DNA from: Hormiphora californensis
Taxonomy: Eukaryota > Animalia > Ctenophora
Direction of reading: 5' to 3'
NCBI GenBank assembly: GCA_020137815.1
Contig: CM035357.1
Span: 5,766,001-5,830,000, forward strand
Length of the DNA stretch: 64,000 nucleotides
Below are positions 1 to 13,106 of the stretch, piece by piece; the first letter of the stretch is position 1, and each line of letters begins with the position of its first letter. Position numbers and translations under genes: made by a program. Below the pieces are notes generated by a model. It saw only the letters and a program-made list of their open reading frames with translations. It did no database searches and was not told where the DNA came from.

Positions 1-57
1 GTGTAAAATGGGTAAAATTCTCCGTATTTCCAACTATGATACTAAAATGTTGAGATT

Positions 58-3000
58 TCATATCTCAGAATTACCATTACTCACCATTGTTATTGAAGCG
101 AAGCTCTCCATACACAGTCCAAGGACATCAGCAGTCACCTCTTGTTCCTCTCCATCGCCCTCATACCTCCTTCTCCTGCTGATCTTCACATCTTTATCAT
201 AATAAGCCCTCCAAACCCTTCCAATGTGCCCCAGAACTCTCTCCCTATTCTCATAACTCGACATCAGCAGGTCAACCCCATCCTTGGAAAATGTCTTGAG
301 ATCGGTGTAGTACTTGAGGGACAACACGAAGCTTCCCGAGTATATCTCAGTGTATTGGGTGAGACTAAAGATAAACCGGAGGCGAAGTTTAGTTAGCACG
401 CTGAACCGGGGTGTGAGGGGTTGGTGTCGGACGAAACAAGGTGGAGGCCACCTCACAATATCTTCTTCCAATAAGAACATGAACATTTCAGTGAGTACAA
501 GACACCTCGAATACCTCCTTTCCAACCTCACTGACATACAGATAATCTCATCCAGCCTCCGGACCCCCAGAATCCGTTTTAGTTGTGTTAGATCCTCCTC
601 CGATTCCGTCATCAACACTTCTTCCTCCGCAAGCAACTCCTCGTTTTGCAATGACGTCACAATCATATCTTTGAACTTCTCCATATCAGACTCGTTATAA
701 CCGACAAAGGAGAAGGTGGTATCTGGATTTCCAAACGGATTTCCCTCAAACCGGAATTCAATCCTCACCGAATGTCGGAAGTAACTGCTCAGTACCTGTC
801 TGATCTGGGAGATCTTGTTCCGGTAGAGGACGGAACAGGTGATGACGTCACTGTCTGATGACGTCATCAGTTTATCCAGGCTATCCTGGTTCAGGGAGAG
901 GAGCTGGCAGTTTTCCAGACGGAGAATGATAACTTCACTGGAGGTCACCACGACAACCACAGGTATTGCCATGTCAGCACGGGAATACCGGAAACAGTGG
1001 GTGGGAAAGGAATGGAATCCATTTTCTATCTCTTCACTATCGAGAGATTGTCTGGCTATCTTCTCACTCGGATCAACCCCCTCATCCTCTTCATCCCCTT
1101 TAGCACTCTCCTCCCCTAGCTCCTTGATCTTGTTCACCAAGTGATAAAGATGGGCTAGATCCTGGAGGAAGAGCAGCGAGTACACATTGGGAGCATCCTG
1201 TCCCTTTCTCAGGATTGAAATACGATCCCCTGGGATCAGATCACAACTGATCACATCACCAGGTCCCATTGCCCAGGTCACCACACCACCCTTTGGGATC
1301 ACCTCCAGGAGTTCCGGTTCCTTTTTGAGTGGGTTTAGTCCGAGAACCCGGAGCAGTTCAGTCTCTTCCGGGTATACAGAGTAGGTTGATTGGAGGTCAG
1401 ATAGGGGGACATCAGCATACTTACTGACCAACTCATCGACAGTTTCATCAATGTTGTAGACCCCGTTAGGGACAATGTGGAAGGAGCTGAAATCAGGTTT
1501 AGGAACTACACTGGGAACGGGAGTTGGTCGGTTTTCAGACCGGGAATCTTTACTCTCTCGGCTGCTCTCAGTCGTGTACGATTCAGTCCCATCGCGAGAT
1601 ATTATTGGCCTTAGCATCGGGTTACTTGGCTCCAATATCTTCAGACTCTCCGCGGTTACAGTCAGTACTTTGGGTTGTTTTGGAGGTTTTGATTGAGCTA
1701 CTATCGGGAATATCGGGTTTATAAACTGTGACAACCAATTGTCACCATGAGCTTTTAGAAGTTCTCCGATCTTTTTGAGCAGAACATCCTCGTTTGTCAG
1801 ACATTCCTCATCCTCTATCTTTTTATCTTCCTCGCTTTCTTCACCCTCTCTCTTCTTATCCTCCTCGTATCCCTCATCTTCTCTCTTTGTCTCTTCCACA
1901 CATTCAACAATATCAACTAGAATTCCCGCTCTATCCCGCGAAGTGGGGGAGGTAATTTGAAGGTTCAGATCACAGTACGATATAGCTGCTGTCAGAGATT
2001 CCTCACCCCATGAGCTGCCCATTGCTGCCAAACTGCTAACCGCATCCTCACACACCTCAACTAGACAGATGGTCTCCTCCTGGTGGACCTCAACCTGCTT
2101 TCTTTGTTCTCTCATCTTCCATACCTTCCTTCCCTCACTCTTCACTATCTCCCTGCCATCTAGTTTTACTGGGATGTGGTCCTCTTCAAATAAAGATAGC
2201 ACGGCGACCCGGTGGTCACTGTCTTCCGAGAGAGGGTTGCCTTGGAGCCATAGTATTTCGAGATTGGGCAGACCAGTCAGACGACTGATCTCTTGTACTT
2301 CAGAGATTAGATTGTTACATAGGTCCAGAGATTCGAGGGAGAATAACCTTTCTAGACCTGCCGGGAGGGAGAAGGTATTATTATGCGGAGATCTGATTAA
2401 ATGGATGTCAAAAAGAAGATGTTGCATTTGTTTGTCTAGGATTTGGTACACACAGCTGCGGTACATGATAAGTCTGTCAAGGGGGGGCTAGAGTGTCATA
2501 ACACAAAGAAGAAGAAGACAAACACAAAGCCTGTTAAAGTTCTATGTGCAAGCTTTGAGAATGTACGAGATGCAGCTAGGAGAGAATAGAATATAGGAAA
2601 GTGGAATTCATAAATCATAATTTTTCATGGCATTCAATCTCATTAAAACAATAAAATATGGGCGGGCACGAATAGATTTATTAAATACTAAGTACTGACA
2701 CGCCGAACTAAATGAGATAGAGAGATAGAGATACCAATGATCAAAATGTTGTCGTGTTATACCTGCCAGTGATTTAATGTGGTTGTGGGAGAGGTTGAGG
2801 GACGTCACATTTCCCAGTTTCAGATGAAGGGAATCCACGTCAGAGATGGTGTTATGAGAGACGTCTAGGATACCAAGGTACGGTAACTGAATTGAAGGAG
2901 GGGAGAGTTAGGATTTATACTACTATGAACAAATATGTGGGTTTGTCCAAGTCAAAGTTTGTCCAAGTCAAAGTAGAATAAAATGTAAAAGGGCTACATA

Positions 3001-3220
3001 CAACTGTGAAAATAGTAAAAGGAGCCTAAAAGAAAGACCTATAAAACATGCATGCAGTGAGCCTATAGTAACCTCACAAAGGGGGGCTCACACGGAGCCT
3101 CTCAGACCTGGATTACAATACAATGCAAGCTCATAGAACAGTGTGCCTTCCCCATCACCACTATAACATAGGCGTGGTGGGAGAGAGAGAGAGAGAGAGA
3201 GAGAGTGAGAGAGAGAGAGT

Positions 3221-3257
<37 letters not shown>

Positions 3258-3266
3258 TGAGAGAGT

Positions 3267-3337
<71 letters not shown>

Positions 3338-6252
3338 TAGAAATAAAGAGAGAGATAAAGGTAGAGCTAGATGAACAAAAGAGACACACAAGATATTCTA
3401 TGACGCCGACTCACTTCAGCTGATACTTGCTCCGGGCTGTTGATACAAATAAACTTACACCGAGATTGGTCCGAAATATGTTGCTAAGGTATGTCTCTCT
3501 GTTTGGTCAGTATCATGTCAGGTCATGACGTCATATGTTCATGTGTACGTACCCCAGATACGTTATCAATGGTTGATAGCTTGTTGTTGCTAAGATTCAG
3601 GGTTTCCAGATGAATTAGAATCTGTAATGCTGAGCACATGTACCTGCAGAACAAATGGGTTGGGATTGAGTCTTTGTAACTTGGTTCCCCCCTCCCCCCT
3701 GGACAACATTGTCTTGGTCAGAATAGATCGCCCCTCCCCTTGCCACCGCACCAAGTGGAGGCACTTGTTGATTGGAGTCTAGACTCGACGCACCCAGTGG
3801 AGGAACCCAGTCGAGGCTAGACTGTGGAACCACGTGGTTTAAAGATTCGAATTATGAAGAGTATCATGGACCTCATCAACATTGGATATAAGAGAAACAA
3901 CACATAATTGATTCACTTTTGAATTTTAAGTGGAATATTTAAATGAAACTTTGAATAATAAGGTCATTTAGATACAGCAATTAGTGTTCAACTCACTCTA
4001 TGTCGTTGTGAGAGAGATCGAGTGTTTTCAGGGTATTCCAGGAAGCAGTATCTTCATTATCCTCTTCACACGCCCACACCAGCACATCTTCTAGATCTGA
4101 AGGAAAAGGGGGTCGTAAAAATTAAATTCGGGGATCCGGAAGAGGGCAAGGACATCTTCTAGATCTGGGTGTGAGGGGGTTGTTAAGTACACTTTCTAGA
4201 TCTAGATCTGGAACGAAGATGGGAGTATTATAGATAGATCTTGGAAATATATGTAAAGCGGGGTGGGGTTATGAAAATATATCTGTAAGAGGGGGGGGGT
4301 GGTATAACTAGAACCTAACCAGACCCGGATATATGGAGTTTGTTGGAGTGTATTATAGATCTGGGGGGGGTGCAGTTGGTATATATTACCCGATATGTTG
4401 GCGGATATGACGAGATGGTGAAGTGTACATTACCCGATATATTGGCGGATATGACGAGATGGTGAAGTGTACATTACCCGATATATTGGCGGATATGACG
4501 AGATGGTGAAGTGTATCCCCCAGAATACCGAGTGACGTCACGCCTCTAAAATCCACCTTCTGAAATGGGAACAGTCTCCCGCACACATACACACACATAG
4601 AGGTACACACAGCTACTGTTATATAGAGGGATTTAGAGAGAGATAGAGATAGAAAGAGAGAGAGATAGAGGGATGTTTGTGAAAGTGAAACAAGACGGCA
4701 AAACATCTGACAAACAAAACACTTTCGCTTTCTTCATGTTTTCATAAACCATGAAATAGCAAAATCTCATGATAACAAAGAGGTCAATAATTGACAGAGA
4801 ATGGAATTAATGATGAGGCAATCCCTTCCAGAATTATCAGTCACGTTAATCCAAGACGACCTCTCTCTCAACAGACCTCATCAGTACATACACACACGAC
4901 AAACATTCCACAACACACAGAGAACAAAATGACATGGATATTCTACTATTAGTAAATTAATGTAGGAATATTGAACATCGATGCATCGCGATGAGAATGT
5001 CGACTGTTACAACTTAAATCCTGTATAATGGTTAATGACCGGAAGACATCTAACTTACTAACTTACTTTTTTAGTTACTAACCTCTAGAGTGAGAGAGGT
5101 AGCTGATAGGAAGAGGGATAGATCCAGGTTGGGATGGTCGGGTTTGTACTGGTGGGAAACAACTTCTCCCTCGCTAAATCTATCTCCTATAATCTAGGGG
5201 GAATTAAAGTTTAGATTACCAGTACAGTAATACCTTGGTATCGAAGACACCTCACACTCTTCACGCGCCGGCAAGGGAGGGGTAACTTCGTTACCAAAGT
5301 AATACCATCCAAATTCCAATTACCAATCCACATCTCGTATTAACTTGTAGAATTGTTAATCCCATGACTAGGGGGGGGGGGGGGGGGAGATGACACTAAC
5401 CCTAATGTTCCAAATGCTCTCAAGAGCCAGTCTCAAATCTGTGAATGGTATCTGGGGGTCATCCAATGACAAATTGAGAGAATGAAGTTGTTTTTCAGTC
5501 AACAACAGCTCTTCCTCACAGCAGTTCAATATCTCCCAAACAGGCAGATCATCCTCTGTTCCTCGGAGACTTTTCAGTGTTTCTAGTGTCACCTTGGATA
5601 CCCTCTGTGTGGATAAGGATATGTTAGAATGTATCAATATCAATATCAAGAAAGTGAAAATTAAGTACAATAAAAAGGTTTTTGTTTGTTTGTTAGGACG
5701 TGTTAGAAACAATAAAATATCAAAATTTAAATCGAGCTAGTTCCTACATGTTTGTGAAGACCGAGGAATTCTTCAACAACAGGTTGATCAATAATCTGAT
5801 TTAGGGCAGCAACGAAATCCGATACCCCCTCTTGATGCGTTGATATTTTCCTCTCATTGGGCCGGATATTCCATCGAGGAAATAGTGTTGTGAAGTCTGC
5901 CCTCTGGTGTTCGGGAGGGAGCTGGGAGTGTAGTTTGGAAAAGGCAGGTTTGGTTTTTAGTAGGGTGTATTTACAGGATTCCCCCTCGACTGTAATGAAA
6001 TAATGCTGAAAATAGTAGAAATGTTAGTTACACTTACTATGTACTACACTGAGCAAGCCAGTGTACAGTTTATATTATTGTTGTATTAATATTTAAGTAG
6101 TACAGTAATCTTGCTCGACCCTCTCTCTGAGCCCCGTTTGAACAAAATAATTGTGCTCTTTTCCCATTACTTACCAATTCAAATTTAAGAAGATCAATAT
6201 CATGTTTCCATAAACTAACAGATTCCAAGTGAAAGGTAAATTCTTCGATCAT
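58..6252 (-). CDS. Nischarin-like protein (degenerate N-terminal PX domain, LRRs, acidic region, C-terminal PH-like region); multi-exon
   Basis: Approximate exons 6252-6175, 6005-5748, ~5604-5401, ~5193-5083, 4559-4478, 4096-3998, ~3630-3553, ~2886-2763, 2357-58, with GT-AG ends. LRR motifs WNTLKTLDLSHNDI, LGNVTSLNLSHNHIKSLAGLERLFSLESLDLCNNLI and LEILWLQGNPL. C-terminal LLEEDIVRWPPP resembles the nischarin C-terminus. Confidence 0.75.
3181..3333. repeat. (AG)n microsatellite, intronic
   Basis: Visible directly; source of the spurious SLSLSL/RERERE ORFs. Confidence 0.95.
4385..4515 (-). repeat. 3 x 44-bp tandem duplication of an exon end plus 5' splice donor
   Basis: ATTACCCGATAT(A/G)TTGGCGGATATGACGAGATGGTGAAGTGTA recurs at 4385, 4429 and 4473. 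On the - strand each copy reads ...ATATCGG|GTAAT. Confidence 0.9.
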
Positions 6253-6365
6253 GCTTCCTTTTCATAGCTTAACCTTGCAGAGTGGGAGAGTTTAGTTACG
6301 GAAGTACTATTAATAGAATTGTGCACAATTCTGCTTTGTTTAAATTTCGTAATGCAGTAGACAAT

Positions 6366-7530
6366 CATAGCGCTGGCAAGCGCCCGGGGCCCAATCCTCC
6401 CTTCCCCCAACCATCATTTCCCCCAAAATTTCCCTCTAACAAGCATCTTTCCTCCCAGTAAAAGGAAAATCGGAATTACGGAAAAAAAATTTTTGAGAAT
6501 TTTTGAGAATTTTTGAAAATTGTGACAGCGCTACTATACTTATTGTCTGAAATCGGCAATTTCAACTTTGTTTTAGACAACCTTCCCGTTGTACTACGAA
6601 CATGCCGCTTGGTAGTTCGTGTTGCCTTGACACCTAGAGCACACGTTCAAAATTTCATGCAAATCGGAGTTACGGTTTTTGCGCTACAGATGGTCGTATT
6701 TTAGACAAAATGTCCGCTTTTAGCGTGACTAACGACCTTGATTGTACGACCTTTTTGCGTACACGATGGAGGCCACAGTTTTAAAGCTATCACCATGAAA
6801 CTTTGGGAGATGGTAGGTCTAGTGGTGTACCTTGTATTAAAGCTTGGACAGAGAAAACGGATAGTCATAACAAAAGTTATGACTGTCTTAAGTTTTGTTT
6901 GGCGTCTTAGACAACCTTCCCGTCGTTCTATGAACACGCCGCTTGGTACGTTGTGTTGCCTCGTCATCTTGAACACACGTTCAAAATTTCAAGCAAATCC
7001 GAGTTACGGTTCTTCAGTTACGGGCATCTGACTGTATTAAGATTTAAGACGATTTTCAAAAAACTTAGAAAAGAGCAAATTAAACTATAAATCATGATTT
7101 TATCATACATGTTTTTCCAACGTGGGTTAACTGCTGTATTTTCAGATATAATTGGTAGTCATATCTATATGTATGACTGTCTTAAATTTAAGACGATTTT
7201 AAAAACACCTACAAAGAAGCGATTCAGAGTCTAAATTAACATTGAATCAGATTTGTTTTATAAAATTAGGCTTACTGCCGCATTTTCAGTGATAATTGGT
7301 AGTCATATCTAGAGTTATGACTGTCTTAGATATAAGACGATTTTCAAAAACATCTAGAAAGGGGCGAGTTTTATTGCATCGGGCATATTTTGTAGAATTA
7401 GGTGGCCTGTTGCAATTTTAGGGGTTATTCGTAGTCATATCTAGAGTTATAATTGCTATCTTACATTTAAGACGATTTAAAAAAACACCCAGAAACGAGC
7501 GAATTAGCATCTAGAACCTGATTTTATCAG
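6366..7530 (-). mobile_element. Helentron/HINE-like non-autonomous element with internal tandem repeats (partial)
   Basis: Starts with the GCGCTGGCAAGCGC hairpin also seen at 23667 and 57110. Internal ~110-bp duplication (6571 and 6907) and ~140-bp tandem units (7040-7530). The far end is not defined. Confidence 0.5.
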
Positions 7531-7943
7531 ATATATCTGATTATTATATCCGTAATCATTATCCGTGACTAATAATCAAAATCATAGAATAATCGCGGAG
7601 AACCAATTGCGGAGAACCAATTGCGGATAACTAACCACGATAACTTGTCGCGAATAATAAGTAATATAAAGTAACCAAATCCATTCGCGGATAGCTAATC
7701 GCGATAACTTATAACGGATTCGTGATAACTGATAAGTTATCCGCGATTGGTTGTCTGCGATTACTATCATATTAGTTATTCGCGATTGATATCCGAGATT
7801 GGATATCTGCGATTATTATGAGGCTACCTAGTACCTACGATTTAAAAAGTCCGTGAATCCTCAATCCGCGTTTATTAAATTAAGCTAAGTAGTATTACAA
7901 AATGCATGTCATATGCATAGTATGTATAACAAAATGCCTGATA

Positions 7944-8379
7944 CTAGATCCAAAAACCAAACAAGTTTGGTGGATAGCCGGGGCCACAGAAATTAAAACT
8001 CGTGCGAAAGTATTGATACATGAACTTTCGGGGCCTGGGGTGCTGTTAAATTCGCGTTTCCATGATAGTCAGCCGTTCTTTCAAAACACACTATTATTAT
8101 CACAATAATATTATTCTGTAAAACAGACTCTGAAACGACCGACTGTGCACAGTAAATATATGAGACATGTGTGGATCTGTATTTATGATAATGTGGAATA
8201 AATTAATGTTTGCACTAGTTTTCCTGGCGTATAGTTGGAAAATGTTATTGGTTATAATCATGGAAACGCGAATTTAACAGCACCCCAGGCCCCGAAAGTT
8301 CATGTATCAAAACTTTCGCACGATTTTTAATTTCTGCGGCCCCGGCTATCCACCAAACTTGTTTGGTTTTTGGATCTAG
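7944..8379. mobile_element. MITE with ~120-bp TIRs and TA TSD (Tc1/mariner-like)
   Basis: TA-CTAGATCCAAAAACCAAACAAGTTTGG ... CCAAACTTGTTTGGTTTTTGGATCTAG-TA. Confidence 0.85.
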
Positions 8380-9910
8380 TAGCGGTACATCTATTAATAG
8401 ATCAGTGATATTAGATGTGGAGAGTTATACTAATTAAGTGTGGAGAGGTAAATCGTACGTGTCATTTATTTACTAGAATATTGATCCAGATTCCAGGTTC
8501 ATTGTTTCGCGTCGACCAATCAGCATTCAGTTCATTGTTTCAAGTCGACCAATCAGTACAGGAATGGCATGGTTCGTACTATGAGCATGCCTCAGCTCAG
8601 GTGAAGACTGAGCTACTTCTATCCACTGCCACGGCTAGGTTCTGATCCTCTGGGTTGTGATCCTCTTCATGGGTAATATAACTTAGTCCTCTGGGAGAGT
8701 CTTCCGTTCCTTGCACTCTTAACAACATGCATATGCCACACATACATGCAACCCTCTCTCTATATACTGCCAAATATCTTCACACTCAATATAACCCTTT
8801 CTCTGTATACTGCCAAATATCGTTCCACTCTCACACTGTCTAAACCACACTACAACAAGGAGTTGTTGAGAGATGATCTTTGTGCTCTCCAACAACAGTA
8901 ATGGCCCATTAAAGCGATAGCAGTCTCTAGCTCTCTGATTCAACATTCGCTAGTGTCTATCACGTGTTTATATAAATGTTGTAATGGCTCTGCCTGCTAT
9001 CATTGTTCTGTGTTTGTTCACTCTGTGCTGCACATTTTCCTTTTCTATACTATGAAGACTACTCTAACTTGCTATGAGTTGTCAGGCATTGCTACCTGCT
9101 TCTACCATATATTTTGGGAACAGCGGGCGTTCTCCAATTCGTTCCTGTCGTACGCGGTATTAACTCATATCGCGTCTCGGTGTCTCCCAGACGACCCTAC
9201 GAACATAGGACGAGTAAAGAAGATATTTCGTGGGTTCTGGGACAAGCGGCGGTGGCGTGATCTCGAGCCTACCGCCTATCGTACCGGGGCGAGGTTTCAG
9301 GGACTCTTCAATGGTCCCGCTTACTCTCGGAGACTTTTCTTCCGTAACGACGTGCTGGTCGGCTGCCCCTTTTACGGTAAGTTTTGTACCCAGTTTTCTG
9401 GAGTCGATAAAATTTTCTAGATTTTTTGGTGTTTTTAATTGTCTTTTATACTTTTTTAAACTTATTGCAGAATGCAGCTCTAGCATTTGTCCTCACTCTT
9501 CCCTCTTTACAGTTTATTACAGTTTGTTGTATGTGGGGAAGTTTAGAGTTTACAGTTTGTAAACTGAATTTGGAGTGTTTAAAAACACTCCAAAAATGCA
9601 ATCCTAAAATATTTCACCTTAAAATACCAAACCAGTTGTTTTGAATCAAACAAGGGCAAATTGATACATCTCTTGGAACTTCACAGCAAACTTAAACTAC
9701 TGAAAAAGGACGTGAAACTCCTTTTAAACTTCTTTAAAAAGTCTCGCAAAATTAAAAAAAAACTAAAAAAAACTTTTGTCTTCAAATAAATGTAAAACCA
9801 GTTCATTAAAATACACTGAGCGCTGTACTGCTCAAGATAATAAATAATGTAACACGCGATGTATTTGTATGATCGCGAAGCATCGCGCGTTTTGAATTCA
9901 GCTCAGCTCA

Positions 9911-10128
9911 GTGGAAGCTCTTACGGTAATTCCCACGCCCCGTGGGAAAGTTTTTGACCGTGGGAAAATTTTCGAACCGTGGGAAAAGAGAGATACATAC
10001 AATAACTCTAAAAAAATAATTATTTTTTAAACGTTATTGTATATATCTCTCTTTTCCCACGGTTCGAAAACTTTCCCACGGTCGAAAACTTTCCCACGGG
10101 GCGTGGGAAATACCGTAAGAGCTTCCAC
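9911..10128. mobile_element. Foldback MITE upstream of UBC9
   Basis: GTGGAAGCTCTTACGGTA.TTCCCACGCCCCGTGGGAAAG ... CTTTCCCACGGGGCGTGGGAA.TACCGTAAGAGCTTCCAC; arms ~90 bp with a repeated CCGTGGGAAA motif. Confidence 0.8.
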
Positions 10129-10494
10129 AGCCTGGCAAGAAGAGCTTTTCAGATTTCAAAACCCAAAGATTTCAAAAAACCCAAAGATTTTCGGGTTTGT
10201 CGGTCGATTTTCGTGCCCTCCGGCCTCCTCGTGTCCCCAGCCTGCAGCATGGTCTTGTAAATCCACTGCGAACCTTACAGTTTTGTAATCTTGCGAGCCT
10301 CTTGGATAAATGTTGAGTCTCTCAGTGCAAGTCTGTCGCTCGGTCTCTCATCTCTTTTCCAAAAGTCTCATCTCTGTCGCCTGACAGACGTCAGTTTATC
10401 AATCAGGTGGAATTGGGAAACAATGTTTCTTCAAACGCGTTATACTTACTCTAACCTCTAAAGACGCATCGACTTAACACAATGCCCCCTAGTT

Positions 10495-13106
10495 ATGACA
10501 GGAATCGCCCTTGGTCGTCTGCAGGAAGAAAGGAAAGCGTGGAGAAAAGATCACCCGTTCGGTTTTGTAGCCAAGCCTGTCAAAAATGCAGACGGTACAC
10601 TAAACCTTATGAACTGGGAATGCTCAATTCCAGGTAGAGTTTGTTGCACGATAGTTGTAGACAGTATCACAAGTTATTGAATGTTACGACGTGTGTAGGA
10701 ACGCTGTTGTTATCATCCCTTCTCTGTTCTCAGTTCTCAAACAGAAACTGTCCAGTGTAAACTAAGGACAATAATTTTCTACACTTCAGAGTTCCTAAAA
10801 ACGTCCTGAAATGTACTTCTCTCAGACAATTAACCAATAGCATTTATCTCCAGGCAAGAAAACGACACCCTGGGAGGGAGGTCAGTACAAGTTGAGAATG
10901 ATTTTCAAAGATGATTACCCTACCACGCCACCTAAGTGCAAATTTGAGCCGCCCCTTTTCCATCCCAACGTGTATCCCTCTGGAACCGGTGAGTCAACAA
11001 CTTTTACTATAATAAACAGTTATCACACGGCATATCATTTGAATATGATAACCACCTGGTGCAATGTCTATTGTTTGGCGTGTTTATTAATGTGAGAAAA
11101 TTGGAAAACTACCAGGGTGTGAGACTTCGCTAGCAATAAGTGTCCTAAGTTTAGTTTATTGTTCAATAATTCAATACACACACGTCAAACATGTGTGTTA
11201 AACGAAGTTGGGGTGTGTTTTGTAGAGGCTTCTTGTCAGGTTACTTGTCTGCAGAATATTACATTGTCTCTCTAGGACTCAATAGTGTATTGGGCAATGC
11301 AATTCAACCCCGGCTTAATATTATATATAATATATATATTGCATAGTTGTTAATGTACAATAGCTCTCCCCGGCTCTCCGTCTGTTTCTCTCACTCTCTC
11401 CCTGCAGTGTGTGTACATCACTTATCCCTTATAAACTGTTCATTGTGATATCTGTGAGCTCTCTACACCCATACACAGAGGGTACTACCCAACATATTCA
11501 TTCTTTCCTTTGGCCTTTGTCTAGAATACCCTTCCATTTAATTCTCTAGAAAATTCCTCTTAAATTTCCCCCTTCCCCTCGCACTGCCCTCTCCCTCTAT
11601 CCATTTTTCTTACTTCGCCTCTCTCAACCCCCTTTCTCTCACTATTACTCTCCTTCCCCTCTCTCTCTCTCTAACCCTCCTCCCCTCAGTGTGTTTGTCA
11701 CTCCCCTCTCTCTAACTCACCTCTCTGCAGTGTGTTTGTCCCCCTCTCTCTCTAACCCTCCTCCCCTCAGTGTGTTTGTCCCCCTCTCTCTCTAACCCTC
11801 CTCCCCTCAGTGTGTTTATCACTCCCCTCTCTCTAACTCACCTCTCTGCAGTGTGTTTGTCACTCCCCCTCTCTAACTCACCTCCCCGCAGTGTGTTTGT
11901 CCCCCTCTCTCTCTAACTCACCTCCCCGCAGTGTGTTTGTCACTCCCCTCTCTCTAACCATCCTCACCTCAGTGTGTTTGTCGCTCCCCTCTCTCTAACC
12001 CACCTCTCTGCAGTGTGTTCGTCACTCCCCTCTCTCTCTAACCCTCCCTCCCCGCAGTGTGTTTGTCACTCCCCTCTCTCTAACCATCCTCCCCTCAGTG
12101 TGTTTGTCCCCCTCTCTCTAACTCACCTCCCCTCAGTGTGTTTGTCACTCCCCTCTCTCTAACTCACCTCCCCGCAGTGTGTTTGTCACTCCCCTCTCTC
12201 TAACCCTCCCTCCCCTCAGTGTGTTTGTCACTCCCCTCTCTCTAACTCACCTCCCCGCAGTGTGTTTGTCACTCCCCTCTCTCTAACTCACCTCCCCGCA
12301 GTGTGTTTGTCACTCCCCTCTCTCTAACTCACCTCCCCTCAGTGTGTTTGTCACTCCCCTCTCTCTAACTCACCTCACCTCAGTGTGTTTGTCACTCCTG
12401 GATGAGGAGAAAGACTGGAGACCAGCCGTTACAATCCGACAAATCCTCCTTGGAATTCAGGTAACCTGGTTACCAAGGTTACCATGCTACAACAGTTCCA
12501 CAATTGTCACCTAGTTACCCAACAATGTACAAGTTTCACTTAGTTACAGGGTATCCTATACCAGTATTCACAGATTATACTCACATATCAAACCACACAC
12601 TAATGTTACACACACATTCAATATTTGACACTGATGAGGAATGACCTCATGAAATAATTACACCTCTCTGACAGCAGTATGTTGAATGTTGATACTGACA
12701 AACTAACAGACATAACTTCAAAACATGTCAATGTAAAGATGTAAGAGAAGCTGTCATACACTTAGAACAGACTAAAATTTGAAATGTAGGAGGGATCTAG
12801 GACTATTGGCATGTCAGTCACCATCTCACATTCCTTTATCTAGTGTTCACTATTCTATATTTAGCTTTTACCTACTGCTGTCAGTCCTTCCCCATTTCAC
12901 AATCTCTCATCTTTAAAATAATTCAAAACCTTGACTCTCTAAATGATTGAATTATTTGAAAATGTACCCTCTCATCACAGGAGCTACTGAACGAACCCAA
13001 TATCCGGGATCCCGCCCAAGCTGAGGCCTACACCATCTTCAACCAAAACCGGGCAGAATACGACAAACGAGTGAGGCAACAAGCCCTGAAATTCTTCCCC
13101 CGTTGA
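10495..13106 (+). CDS. UBE2I: SUMO-conjugating enzyme UBC9
   Basis: Exons 10495-10633, 10854-10988, 12384-12460, 12981-13106 give [24 protein letters not shown]...[53 protein letters not shown]... Confidence 0.97.
11665..12398 (+). repeat. ~18 x 38-43-bp tandem array of the UBC9 intron2/exon3 acceptor junction
   Basis: Unit TCTCTCTAAC(T/C)CACCTCCCC(G/T)CAG|TGTGTTTGTCACTCCCC; CAGTGTGT counted 18 times from 11687 to 12381. Confidence 0.95.

Noticed and set aside
3102-3423. SL/RE dipeptide ORFs here and at other (AG)n tracts
   Set aside because: Microsatellite translation artefacts.
8560-9900. Possible small gene or retroelement 5' relic
   Set aside because: GC-richer patches with short ORFs in several frames, but no consistent exon chain or recognisable domain.
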